Below, piece after piece: positions 40,262 to 49,852 of a stretch of DNA of 64,000 nucleotides; the stretch's first letter is position 1; each line of letters begins with the position of its first letter. Position numbers and translations under genes: made by a program. Source of the DNA: Desulfomonilia bacterium (lineage in GTDB: Bacteria > Desulfobacterota > Desulfomonilia > UBA1062); NCBI GenBank assembly GCA_049975365.1, contig JBNGDS010000004.1:17150-81149 (forward strand), read 5' to 3'. The notes under the pieces were generated by a model that was not told the DNA's origin, ran no database searches, and worked only from the letters and a program-made list of their open reading frames with translations.

Positions 40262-40948
40262 TCACGAACACTCCCAGCGGCGTATGTCCACGTGGTGTGT
40301 CTCTTTCCCAAATCGCCTTCGGATTCTCCTGCGCACGAGTTCCAGCACCCATGATCCGAACTTCCACTTCTGGTCCAGGAGCCCATCGGCAAGGGTGTGG
40401 GTTGCCGTTCCGATCTCGTGCCGGTCGAGACCTGCGAGCAGGTCTGAGAGAAACGTGCGGACGATGCCGGGCTCAGCGGTTTCGAGGGCATTGATTACCC
40501 TGGCCATGGAGTTGATGCCCTGGCTGAGGGACACAGGGCCTGTTTTCGTAATGGATGCTCTCATACTCTCCCGCTGAACGGTAGATGATGTCCACAGGCC
40601 CCCCAGCAGTTCCGACCACGTGTGCGAGCAGGCTTTCAGCCTCTCTGTGTCGATCTCGGAAGCGATGCTCAGAATGAAATGGCTCAGGAGTTCGGGTGGA
40701 AACTTCTCCTTGAGCTGTTCCCCCATCTCTGCACACGCATCCACCAGGGTATTGACCAGAGAGGGAAGGGCGCTGACCAGGGAGAGAAAGACCTCAGGGT
40801 CCTGCCACATGATGCTCCTCACCAATGAACTTCCCGAAGAGGACGTGGCCATTTTCAGACATGATCTGAGCTGATCCTTGCAGACCGGTGTCCTGAGAAC
40901 CTCTGTGAGAATACCGGGATCGATTTTTTTGCTCTGAGTGCTCGTCAT
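40262..40948 (-). CDS. Hypothetical protein, 228 aa member of the paralogous family
   Basis: Contains MWQDPEVFLSLVSALPSLVNTLVDA, closely matching LLWQDPEVILGLVGALPALANIVICA in the 143 aa paralog. Confidence 0.5.
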   Translation of the reverse strand: MTSTQSKKIDPGILTEVLRTPVCKDQLRSCLKMATSSSGSSLVRSIMWQDPEVFLSLVSALPSLVNTLVDACAEMGEQLKEKFPPELLSHFILSIASEIDTERLKACSHTWSELLGGLWTSSTVQRESMRASITKTGPVSLSQGINSMARVINALETAEPGIVRTFLSDLLAGLDRHEIGTATHTLADGLLDQKWKFGSWVLELVRRRIRRRFGKETHHVDIRRWECS

Positions 40949-41376
40949 GACGTCACCTCCCTGGGAGATTTCCCGGGCCCCTCAAGGGATTGGAATTTCT
41001 GTGCGACGATCGGGGATATCTGTTCGATGAGTGTTCGGCTCGAGCTCACGGCCCGGGCAAGGGTTTCGTGATCGATCTCATCGAGGAGGGATTCGATGAA
41101 CCCGTTCAGGAGCACGGGAGAGTATTTCTCTGTGACCTGCCTGACAAGCTCGTCGAGTGCGCAGATCACGATGTTTGCCAGAGCGGGGAGTGCACCCACA
41201 AGCCCGAGGATCACCTCGGGATCCTGCCAGAGCAGGGTTTTCACGAACTCCGGGCTGGCCTGGGGGTCGAGGTTTTTCAGGAACGCCCTCAGGTTGTCCT
41301 TGAAACCGGGCTTTTTCAGCAGTTCTTCAAGAATACGAGTGCCTGCATCGACAATGCCTCGTTCCTGGGTATGCAT
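40945..41376 (-). CDS. Hypothetical protein, 143 aa member of the paralogous family
   Basis: FLKNLDPQASPEFVKTLLWQDPEVILGLVGALPALAN. 4-nt overlap with the downstream paralog. Confidence 0.5.
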   Translation of the reverse strand: MHTQERGIVDAGTRILEELLKKPGFKDNLRAFLKNLDPQASPEFVKTLLWQDPEVILGLVGALPALANIVICALDELVRQVTEKYSPVLLNGFIESLLDEIDHETLARAVSSSRTLIEQISPIVAQKFQSLEGPGKSPREVTS

Positions 41377-41388
41377 GATCTGTACTCC

Positions 41389-42663
41389 TTACAGCGTCTC
41401 GCAGTTGAAGAAATAGCGGGCCGCCTCCATCTGACAGAGCTGTTTGCCTCCCATCCAGAGCTGGACCATCTTGATGTCTCTCCAGTGTTTCTCGATATCC
41501 CACTCGCGATCTGCTCCATTCTGTCCGAGAGCGTCCATGGCCTTTCCGAAGACATCCACCGCCCTGTCCGACACGAAGTCCTTGATGTTCCGCACTCTCC
41601 CCACAACGTCTTCGCTGATCAGGGGTTTTCCGTAAGGCTTGTTCCTCCGGTCGCAGATCATGGCCGCCTCGTATCCGAGGATTCTGCAGATGTCGATATC
41701 ACCTGCAATACGGCCGATGATGGCCGCTATTGCATCGTGTTCCTTCAGGGGACGGTTGTTGTACGTTCGTGTGGACACGAATTCATAGAGCCGTTCATAG
41801 AGGTTCATCATGGCACCGGTGAGAAATGCGACACTCATGACCTGGCCGAACGGGATGAGTTGGTAGAATGCCTCGGCATCCCTGCCCGGGCCGTGGGCCC
41901 GGTACCAGGACGGCACGCGCACGTCCTCGAACCAGATGTCACCGTTCTTGTCAGCGGCCATCCCGGCCTTTTCATATGCCCCGCCCTGGGTCACTCCCTT
42001 GGCATCGGCAGGGACGTAGATGAATGCAAAATCCTTCGGGTCGTCCGATCCGGGATTCGTCGTGCACGGAACACCAAAGAGCTGCGAGACACCCCCTGAA
42101 TTCGTGGGCCAGAGCTTGTGGCCGTTGATTACCCACTCATCGCCTTCCAGGCGCGCTGTTGTGCGGATGGTCTTCCCCTTGAGCAGGCCGAGGTTTTCGA
42201 TATCGGACCCGCCCTGGGGTTCGGTCATGGCGTTGGCGGCAAATACCGCTTTCTTCGAGGTGCAGAACATGGGTGCGAATTCAGCGATGAGCCTGTCGTT
42301 CACGTAGGGTTCGACGAGGATCACAAGCATGGGCCAGAATGTGACCCCCAGGGCAACCGCAAAGCCGGTATCTGCCCTGCCGAGCTCTTCGCAGAGCATG
42401 TAGCCGACCCTGAACACTGAATCGGAACCGGCGAGACCCCACCCGCCGTATTCCTGGGGAAAGAGGGCCTTCTGGAGACCGATCTCTCCCATGAGCCTGT
42501 CAAAGGCGGGTTCGATGAGGGCGTGATCCTTCCAGTCTTCATCATACTTGCGCCTGTGCGGCATGATGATTTCTTCAAGGAAACCCCTCAGGACAGCTCG
42601 AAAGTGCTTGTCGAACGGGGAAATATATTCATCCGGGCGTGAGAATTCATCGATATGGTTCAT
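41389..42663 (-). CDS. Acyl-CoA dehydrogenase family protein (paralog 1)
   Basis: Start placed at ATG (MNHIDEFSRPDEY) with GGGAGAG RBS; the 89-codon upstream extension in the track has no RBS and is Gly/Arg-rich. Shows the ACAD N/M/C domain pattern. Confidence 0.85.
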   Translation of the reverse strand: MNHIDEFSRPDEYISPFDKHFRAVLRGFLEEIIMPHRRKYDEDWKDHALIEPAFDRLMGEIGLQKALFPQEYGGWGLAGSDSVFRVGYMLCEELGRADTGFAVALGVTFWPMLVILVEPYVNDRLIAEFAPMFCTSKKAVFAANAMTEPQGGSDIENLGLLKGKTIRTTARLEGDEWVINGHKLWPTNSGGVSQLFGVPCTTNPGSDDPKDFAFIYVPADAKGVTQGGAYEKAGMAADKNGDIWFEDVRVPSWYRAHGPGRDAEAFYQLIPFGQVMSVAFLTGAMMNLYERLYEFVSTRTYNNRPLKEHDAIAAIIGRIAGDIDICRILGYEAAMICDRRNKPYGKPLISEDVVGRVRNIKDFVSDRAVDVFGKAMDALGQNGADREWDIEKHWRDIKMVQLWMGGKQLCQMEAARYFFNCETL

Positions 42664-42677
42664 GGCTTCTCTCCCTT

Positions 42678-43913
42678 TCAGATCTCTGTGCAGGCATTGA
42701 AAAACCGGCTGGTATCCATTCTGACCGGGCCCTCTGCTCCCACACCGGACAGCAGTGAGCCTATGGTTTTGACATCCCTCCAGTGCTTTTCTACGTGCCA
42801 TTCCTTGGAATAGCCCGCCGAACCCATGAGTTCCATTCCGCGGTTGATCGCCCTCAGGATGCCCTGCTGCACTCGGCACCCGATCATCTCCGCATAGGTG
42901 AACAGGTGAAGCAAACTGACCTGTCCCCATTCATCCGGTTTGGAGATGAGGTGAGCCAGATTGTACAACAGGAGCCGTGCAGTCGCGATCTCGTCCGCAG
43001 CATCGGCAAGCACAGATGCACAGAGAGGATTTTCCTTCAGGAGGCCGCCGCCCTTGATCACCCTGTTCTCGCTCCAGTCGCGGAAAATCTCGTAGGAGTT
43101 GATGCCTGCCCCGAGACTCACCCCGGAGAGCAGCAGGTTGAGCCAGGTGAAGAGCTCTTCCACTACGCCGTCACGGTCGATGAGGAATTCTTTCCCGATC
43201 TCCACGTCACTGAAGGTGACATCGGCATTCTCCAGGGCATTGAGGCCTGTTGTTTTGAAGGTCTTTCCCCGTTTGACACCAGGGGCATCACCAGGAATGA
43301 ACGCGATGCATGGTTTGTCCTTCTTTCCGGCGCAGACCACACAGAACATGTCTGCACGGGCGCCTGCAACAAGCGGCCTGAGGGTTTTCCCGGAGATGAC
43401 GTACCCACTTTTGACCGACTGTGCACGGGCAAGAATGGATCTTCCTTTGTACAAGGGGGTGTCCTGTCCAACGAACCCCGCACCGGGCAGGATGAGCGTG
43501 GGTGTCTTGATCTCGTCCGCCGTGTACAGGGGAGCCAGGGCATCGCAGAGTTTTCTGTTCAGGGTGTGACCCATGGTGATGGTGGCAAAGATCACATACT
43601 TGATGGCGGATGAAACCCCCATGGCTGCATCGGCCCTGCCGATCTCGCTTACAATCGTGAGCACGCCTGGTGCGTTCGCTGGGCTGTTCCACCCGAATCC
43701 GCCGTGTGTTGTTGGAAGCGTGAGCCTCTGGAGGCCGATTGTGAGGTTGAGCTGTTTCCGTTTATCCAGGAAGAGCTTTCCGTAGTTCTCGCGGTAGTCC
43801 ATCCGTTTCGAGAGGATCTCTTTTTCCGCCCACTGCCGTACCAGGTCAGAGACACTTCTGGATTCATCATCCATCCACTGCCTGGGGAAAAGAAACAGAT
43901 CGTCTGGATTCAT
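42678..43913 (-). CDS. Acyl-CoA dehydrogenase family protein (paralog 2)
   Basis: 411 aa ACAD fold. Its C-terminal tail (RFFNACTEI) resembles that of paralog 1 (YFFNCETL). First structural gene of the cluster. Confidence 0.85.
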   Translation of the reverse strand: MNPDDLFLFPRQWMDDESRSVSDLVRQWAEKEILSKRMDYRENYGKLFLDKRKQLNLTIGLQRLTLPTTHGGFGWNSPANAPGVLTIVSEIGRADAAMGVSSAIKYVIFATITMGHTLNRKLCDALAPLYTADEIKTPTLILPGAGFVGQDTPLYKGRSILARAQSVKSGYVISGKTLRPLVAGARADMFCVVCAGKKDKPCIAFIPGDAPGVKRGKTFKTTGLNALENADVTFSDVEIGKEFLIDRDGVVEELFTWLNLLLSGVSLGAGINSYEIFRDWSENRVIKGGGLLKENPLCASVLADAADEIATARLLLYNLAHLISKPDEWGQVSLLHLFTYAEMIGCRVQQGILRAINRGMELMGSAGYSKEWHVEKHWRDVKTIGSLLSGVGAEGPVRMDTSRFFNACTEI

Positions 43914-44113
43914 GCGCGTATTTCCTCCTTTGACGTGTACGGATATGTGTACAGGAACAGCGTTTGCCTCAGGCGATCACTTCCTGAATGAGCTCGAGCA
44001 GGTCACCAAATCCAGACAGAATGCGGAAACGGTTCAGGCAACAATACCAGAGGCTTCCGTCCCGTACACATATTCCGATACTGCTAAACCCTCCACTATA
44101 AGTCAGTTACAAA

Positions 44114-44153
44114 GAGAGTAATGAAAATTCACTATCAAGAATAGTAATTACTC
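44114..44153. promoter_or_regulatory. Inverted repeat AGAGTAAT-N24-ATTACTCT in the AT-rich promoter region upstream of the ACAD operon; candidate TetR operator
   Basis: Perfect 8-bp arms at 44114-44121 and 44146-44153 in the 376-bp gap between the TetR stop and the ACAD start. This gap has the lowest GC of the region. Confidence 0.3.
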
Positions 44154-44288
44154 TTCATCATTTGTCAAGGGGAATTTCTCGGAAGAGAATTATATCTGGT
44201 GATTCAGGGGGTGTATACTGAAACAGCTACTGAAAAAAATGAAAAAGATCCGAGATGACCAGGGAGAATAAACCCGGGAAAAGCATCG

Positions 44289-44954
44289 CTACTCCATGCC
44301 CTGAGACTGTCGGTGCTGCTCCAGCACCTTTTTCCCTTCGTTTGTGAGGTATGCCTCGAACATGGCGAGCACCATCTTGATCAGGTTTTCAATGATCACG
44401 TCGCGGGAAAATTTCTTTTCCATGAGATAGCTGTGAATGAGCTGCAGGCTCATGCCGATGACTGCCGTTCCGAACAGCATGGGATCGATCCCCTCGATGA
44501 CGCCGTCCTTGATCCATTTCTCGATGTCCTCACCGGCGTCCTGGGCGAACCCCTGGAAGTAATTCCACACATTCCAGTCCAGGGCAGTATCCACCCCGTA
44601 GCTCCCCCGCAGGATCATGAGGAGTTGCTGGGGATTGTTGTCAACGTAGTCGAAGGCTGCATTGAAGGTTTTCAACAAGGTCTGGGCCCGCTCATCAGGA
44701 TTCCAGATGTCAACCGGCTGCCGCATGAGTTTCACGGTCACCCGAAGGCTCTCCAGGCTTTCCATGGTAATCTGTTCAAAGAGCTCCCGCTTGTCCTTGA
44801 AGTGATTGTAGAACGTCCCGGCAGACATTCCCACGGCCTTCACGATATCCATGACCTGGGTGTTGTGGTATCCGTATTTGCTGAACAGCTCGCAGGCCGC
44901 GTTGATGATCTTTTCCCGGGTTTCTTCCTTTCTCTTTTCAGACCCTCTGGACAT
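44289..44954 (-). CDS. TetR/AcrR-family transcriptional regulator (paralog B)
   Basis: FSKYGYHNTQVMDIVKAVGMSAGTFYNHFKDKRELF is almost identical to the HTH of paralog A. The track's first codon is GTG; the start is set at the in-frame ATG (MSRGSEKRK). Confidence 0.85.
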   Translation of the reverse strand: MSRGSEKRKEETREKIINAACELFSKYGYHNTQVMDIVKAVGMSAGTFYNHFKDKRELFEQITMESLESLRVTVKLMRQPVDIWNPDERAQTLLKTFNAAFDYVDNNPQQLLMILRGSYGVDTALDWNVWNYFQGFAQDAGEDIEKWIKDGVIEGIDPMLFGTAVIGMSLQLIHSYLMEKKFSRDVIIENLIKMVLAMFEAYLTNEGKKVLEQHRQSQGME

Positions 44955-45378
44955 GATTTTTTCCACACGTCAAATATACGGAATTTGTTGTCATTTTGTA
45001 TGGCGAAAGTGCTGGCATGTCAAGGAAATACTTGTGAATACAGCTGAAAACACTCCGGAATTCAGAAAGGGAAGATGACATCCCCTGCTGCTGACTAGCA
45101 ATCGATCCGTGCACGGCTACACGAACAGGGAGCATCGGATTAATCCGGCAGATTATCCTCCCCAGCAGAGGGGCCACATATCTTGAAATGGTCTAAGAAC
45201 AAGGAATAGTGTCTGTTTTGGCCCTCGGGTGAGTGCACGAATCCAGGGGTGTGATTAACCCTTCTGATTCACGCTCGTTTTTGATTTTCCACGCTGGACG
45301 ACATATTGAAAGTATGGTACTCACTACAAGGATCACAGGGAATATCTCAATAAAAATTTTGTGAATGGGAGGAAATCT

Positions 45379-46140
45379 ATGAGGCGTTTTGGATTCATTT
45401 TCGCACTGGTTCTGACTCTTGGTGTGTGCATGATGGCACTGGTGCCCGGTCAGGCACGTGCTGCAGACATGAAGACAATCGTGGTGGCAACGGATGCTAC
45501 CTGGCCGCCCATGGAAATGCTCGATGCCAACAAGAACATCGTGGGATTCGATATCGATTTTCTGAATGCGGTTGCCAAAGAGGCCGGATTCAAAGTCGAG
45601 TACAAGAACACCGCGTGGGACGGCATCTTCGGGGGGCTTGACCTGGGCAAGTATGACGCGGTGATTTCATCGGTCACCATCACCGAGGAACGACAGAAGA
45701 CATTCGACTTCTCTCTGCCCTACATCAATGCAGGACAGGTGCTCATTGTTCCAAGGGATCTGAAAGGGGTGACCACCCTTGCAGACATGAAGGGGAAGAA
45801 AGTCGGCGCCCAGATCGGCACTACAGGGTCAATGGAAGTGAAGAAGGTCGATGGCATCGAGCTCAAGAATTACGACGAGATCGGACTCGCATTCGAGGAC
45901 ATGGCTTCAGGCAGGATCCAGGGCGTCGTGTGTGATACCCCGGTTGCAGCAGACTATGCGCTCCAGAGGGCAGAGTACAAGGAAAAGTTCATGATCGTGG
46001 GTGAGCCTTTCACCGAGGAGAGCTACGGGATCGTGGTGAAGAAGGGCAACCAGGAACTCCTCGACCTCCTCAACAAGGGAATCAAGGCTGTACAGGCCAA
46101 AGGCATCGATAAAGAGCTCGAGAAGAAGTGGCTGCGCTAA
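45379..46140 (+). CDS. Polar amino-acid ABC transporter substrate-binding protein (PBP type 3)
   Basis: GGGAGGAAA RBS plus ATG (MRRFGFIFALVLTLGVCMMALVPGQARA signal peptide). Family 3 SBP pattern. Confidence 0.85.
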   Translation: MRRFGFIFALVLTLGVCMMALVPGQARAADMKTIVVATDATWPPMEMLDANKNIVGFDIDFLNAVAKEAGFKVEYKNTAWDGIFGGLDLGKYDAVISSVTITEERQKTFDFSLPYINAGQVLIVPRDLKGVTTLADMKGKKVGAQIGTTGSMEVKKVDGIELKNYDEIGLAFEDMASGRIQGVVCDTPVAADYALQRAEYKEKFMIVGEPFTEESYGIVVKKGNQELLDLLNKGIKAVQAKGIDKELEKKWLR

Positions 46141-46934
46141 AGACCAAACCAAAGAAAGAAGAACACAAAAAAGTTACCATTGATGTCGGCGACGGGGCCG
46201 CCATCCCCAAGAAAGAGGATGTCGGCCTCTTCACGGCCTGGCGGGTGGCATTCTTCGGTGCCATTGCCGTCATCGCCTACCTCGCGATCTTCAAACAGGA
46301 CCCATATCTGGCCATCATGAAATTCGTACCGGACGGGATCCTGGTCACCTTCCAGGTCACGGTCCTGTCAATCATCCTTGCCTTGGGCATTGGCCTGTTC
46401 ACCGGGCTCGGGAGGATCTCCAAGAACCCCCTCATCAACGGCATCGCCTCGCTCTACGTGGAGGTGATCCGGGGTATCCCGCTGCTTGTCCAGCTTTTCT
46501 ATATCTACTTCGCCCTTGGTCGCATCATCCAGATGCCGCCCATGACCAGTGCGGTGCTTGCCATGGCAATTTGCTACGGGGCATACATGGGTGAAATATT
46601 CAGGGCTGGAATTCAGTCCATTTCCAAGGGGCAGACCGAGGCGGCGCGCTCACTGGGTATGACCCCGGCACAGTCCATGTACCATGTCATTCTGCCGCAG
46701 GCGGTCAAGACCATTCTTCCGCCCGTCGGGAATGAGTTCGTAGCCCTGCTGAAAGACTCATCCCTCGTGTCAATCCTGGCGGTGGCAGACCTGCTGCGCA
46801 GGGGAAGGGAGTTTGCGGCAGAGAGCTTCGCGTACTTCGAGACATACACAGTGGTGGCGCTGGTCTACCTCATCATTACCCTGTTCCTGTCCAAGCTCGT
46901 GAGCATCCTGGAGGAGAAGATCGGTGCAGAATAA
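46128..46934 (+). CDS. Amino-acid ABC transporter permease (HisM/GlnP family)
   Basis: EAA-loop region ([20 protein letters not shown]) and 5 TM segments. Confidence 0.85.
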   Translation: MAALKTKPKKEEHKKVTIDVGDGAAIPKKEDVGLFTAWRVAFFGAIAVIAYLAIFKQDPYLAIMKFVPDGILVTFQVTVLSIILALGIGLFTGLGRISKNPLINGIASLYVEVIRGIPLLVQLFYIYFALGRIIQMPPMTSAVLAMAICYGAYMGEIFRAGIQSISKGQTEAARSLGMTPAQSMYHVILPQAVKTILPPVGNEFVALLKDSSLVSILAVADLLRRGREFAAESFAYFETYTVVALVYLIITLFLSKLVSILEEKIGAE

Positions 46935-47670
46935 TATCCGCAGGAAAATGGTTGAGATGAACGGGGTGTACAAGATCTACGGCACCCTGAAGGCACTGGA
47001 CAATGTCTCTCTCGATGTCTATGACGGCGAAAAGGTGGTGATCATCGGTCCGAGCGGTTCGGGCAAGAGCACCCTGCTTAGGTCCATCAACAAGCTTGAA
47101 GAGGTGGACAGGGGGACCATCATCGTGGACGGGTATGAGATCAACGACCCCAAGACCAACATCAACAAAGTGAGGGAAGAGGTGGGCATGGTCTTTCAGC
47201 AGTTCAACGTTTTTCCCCACAAGACCGTGCTCCAGAATCTCACACTGGCCCAGGTCGTGGTGAGAAAGCGCCCGAAGAGCGAAGCTGAAAATATCGCCAA
47301 AGAGCTTCTGAAAAAGGTCGGTATCCTCGAGAAGCTCAACGAATACCCGACCAAGCTCTCGGGAGGCCAGCAGCAGCGCGTTGCAATCGCCCGAGCGCTG
47401 GCCATGCAGCCGAAGCTCATGCTCTTCGACGAGCCGACCTCGGCCCTCGATCCGGAGATGATCGGTGAGGTGCTCGATGTCATGATCAAGCTCGCAAAAG
47501 AGGGCATGACCATGATCGTGGTGACCCACGAAATGGGTTTCGCCCGCGAGGTGGCAGACCGTGTCATCTTCATGGACGAGGGCAAGATCCTGGAGGAGGG
47601 CTCCCCCGAACACTTCTTCAAGAATCCAACCCACGAACGTGCCCAGCAGTTCATGAGGCAGATCCTGTAG
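46924..47670 (+). CDS. Amino-acid ABC transporter ATP-binding protein (GlnQ/HisP-like)
   Basis: Walker A (GPSGSGKST), signature ([15 protein letters not shown]) and Walker B ([11 protein letters not shown]). Confidence 0.9.
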   Translation: MQNNIRRKMVEMNGVYKIYGTLKALDNVSLDVYDGEKVVIIGPSGSGKSTLLRSINKLEEVDRGTIIVDGYEINDPKTNINKVREEVGMVFQQFNVFPHKTVLQNLTLAQVVVRKRPKSEAENIAKELLKKVGILEKLNEYPTKLSGGQQQRVAIARALAMQPKLMLFDEPTSALDPEMIGEVLDVMIKLAKEGMTMIVVTHEMGFAREVADRVIFMDEGKILEEGSPEHFFKNPTHERAQQFMRQIL

Positions 47671-47814
47671 CAGGTCGTGAAGTACATCAAAGGGACCTGA
47701 GGCACGAGGAAACACAGCATCCGTCTATCATTCAGAACCTGACTGCAGATCCACAGGCCGTGATTTCAGAACCCATTGACAATGCCAAGGCTATATGCAA
47801 AAACCATTTCCGGT

Positions 47815-47889
47815 GCCAACGTAGCTCAGTGGTAGAGCAGCTGATTCGTAATCAGCCGGTCGACAGTTCAAATCTGTCCGTTGGCTCCA
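47815..47889 (+). tRNA. tRNA-Thr (anticodon CGU)
   Basis: Manual cloverleaf: acceptor GCCAACG/CGTTGGC, D-arm GCTC-AGTGGTAGA-GAGC, anticodon stem GCTGA/TCAGC with loop TTCGTAA (anticodon CGT), T-arm GACAG-TTCAAAT-CTGTC, discriminator T plus encoded CCA. Confidence 0.85.
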
Positions 47890-48060
47890 GCACACCTTCC
47901 GAATGATGGTTCTGTCCTATCACAGCTGAACGTTCCCTTCCATTGTAGAGGATTATTCGCTCACCGATGCGTGGGGTCAGTACACGGGTCGCACGAGAAA
48001 CAGAAAAGCGGGTTCACTCTGCATTCCGGCCTTGATTTCTGATCACGGGATACCCATGTA

Positions 48061-48471
48061 TTGTTCATGGACGTGAGGTTGAAGAATGCGTTCGAGTATG
48101 TCCGAAAGATCTTCTTTCCTTCCTGGGACAGGGACGGGAAGTGGATAATCCGACTGGCTCCTGAACAGACGGCTCATGGATACTGCGATGCACAAAGCAA
48201 TACGATATTCTTGAGACGGGTATCAGAGGATCGCCAGCGTCTCATCGAGTCGATTATCCACGAGGTCTGTCATGCGACGTCCTCTCCCACCCATGGCAGA
48301 AGATGGCGGTTCTGCATGTTCAAGGCCGCCGCCGTTGCAGAGACAATAGGGGAAATCGTACTGAGCAATCTCCTAAAAGTGGAAGTCAGCATCTATACCA
48401 TTCTTGGAAAAAAGCCTGAAGATCAAATGACCGACCAGTGTGGGTCCTCTACACTGGGAGATCAAAACTAG
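48061..48471 (+). CDS. SprT-like / zinc-metallopeptidase-motif (HExxH) domain protein
   Basis: IIHEVCHA motif in the context typical of the SprT-like family. 136 aa. Confidence 0.5.
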   Translation: MFMDVRLKNAFEYVRKIFFPSWDRDGKWIIRLAPEQTAHGYCDAQSNTIFLRRVSEDRQRLIESIIHEVCHATSSPTHGRRWRFCMFKAAAVAETIGEIVLSNLLKVEVSIYTILGKKPEDQMTDQCGSSTLGDQN

Positions 48472-48652
48472 AACACTCTCCAGGTGTCGGGATTGCACCT
48501 CCGAAAAAACTCCTTATTATTAGTCTGTAGACATGTATGAACTATGGTTTGTACAGGCTCATACATTGGCTGTTGTCGGCAGGGAATCGAAGACACGGGT
48601 TTGAGATCGGCCTGCAGAGAATGCGGGTTACTACTGATCAAAGGAGGATAGT

Positions 48653-48868
48653 ATGCCTGAGAGTGTCTATAATGTGATCGAAATTATCGGAAGCAGCCCT
48701 GATTCATGGGAAAAGGCAGCATCTGCTGCGGTGGAAACCGCCTCAAAGTCATTGAGGGATCTGCGTATCGCCGAGGTCGTTGAGATGGACCTGCAGATCG
48801 AAAACGGCAAGGTCATCAGCTACCGCACCAAGCTGAGGCTCTCCTTCAAGTATCACGCAAAGGGCTGA
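48653..48868 (+). CDS. Dodecin family flavin-binding protein
   Basis: 71 aa. VYNVIEIIGSSPDSWEKAASAAVETASKSLRDLRIAEVVEMDLQIENGKV matches the dodecin consensus (VYKVVELVGSS...). Confidence 0.8.
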   Translation: MPESVYNVIEIIGSSPDSWEKAASAAVETASKSLRDLRIAEVVEMDLQIENGKVISYRTKLRLSFKYHAKG

Positions 48869-49096
48869 ACCTCATTCTGACTGTACCTCGATTCTGTTCC
48901 TCATTCACATTCCTCCTGTCTGTCCTTCCCGGGAAAACGTCTTGAGGGGTTCACGAAAGACTGGTATGGTCAAAGGGGTATGATCAAAACACGAGGGCAG
49001 CAGATTCAGATAAACAACCACTGAATCAGGATCTTCAGACAACACACGGCGCGGATTTTCACTGTCTGATGGATGGGCGCCAGAGGATACCATTGA

Positions 49097-49807
49097 ATGA
49101 ACAACACGATCATCATTGAGAAACGGTTCTGCGGCCCTCCGGATTCTGGTAACGGCGGGTATGTGTGCGGTCTTCTTGCCGGGAATATCCAGGGTGTGGC
49201 CACAGTCACACTCAGGAAACCGCCGCCCCTCGAGACGGCACTCAGGGTTGAGGTGATCGATGGAGGAAAGGTTGTACTGAAAGACCGAGACTCCATCATC
49301 GCCGAGGCCAGGCCTTCATCCCTGGATATGGAGATACCCGCGCCCCCCACATTCGAAGATGCGCAGCAGGCAACCCGCACCTACCTCTCACCGGAAGAGC
49401 ACTTCTTCCCCACCTGTTTTGTCTGTGGTCCGGCGAGAACAGCGGGCGATGGGCTTCGGATATTCCCCAGTTCTGTTCCCGGCACATCTCTGGTCGCATC
49501 CCCCTGGATTCCTGACAAGAGCCTCTGCGATGGTTCAGGAAGGATTCGTCCGGAATTCGTCTGGGCATCTCTTGACTGCCCCGGTGCGTTCGCAGTCCTC
49601 GATAAAAACCTCAGTCCGGTTGTTCTCGGGGAGCTGACTGCGCAGATTATTCGCCTCCCTGTTCCGGATGAGCCGTACATAGTGGTCGGATGGGAGTTGT
49701 CCAGGAAGGGAAGGAAACGGTTTGCTGGGACAGCCCTGTATTCACGCTCAGGAGAGATCTTTGGCATGGGGAAAGCAGTCTGGATCGAACTGACGCGGGT
49801 GTCCTGA
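49097..49807 (+). CDS. Hypothetical protein (possible hotdog-fold thioesterase-like)
   Basis: 236 aa with FCGPPDSGNGGYVCG and CFVCGP motifs. Family not confidently recognised. Confidence 0.45.
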   Translation: MNNTIIIEKRFCGPPDSGNGGYVCGLLAGNIQGVATVTLRKPPPLETALRVEVIDGGKVVLKDRDSIIAEARPSSLDMEIPAPPTFEDAQQATRTYLSPEEHFFPTCFVCGPARTAGDGLRIFPSSVPGTSLVASPWIPDKSLCDGSGRIRPEFVWASLDCPGAFAVLDKNLSPVVLGELTAQIIRLPVPDEPYIVVGWELSRKGRKRFAGTALYSRSGEIFGMGKAVWIELTRVS

Positions 49808-49852
49808 AGGTTCTCGCCACACGCAGTCTCATGCACGGATATCTGCTCTAGG

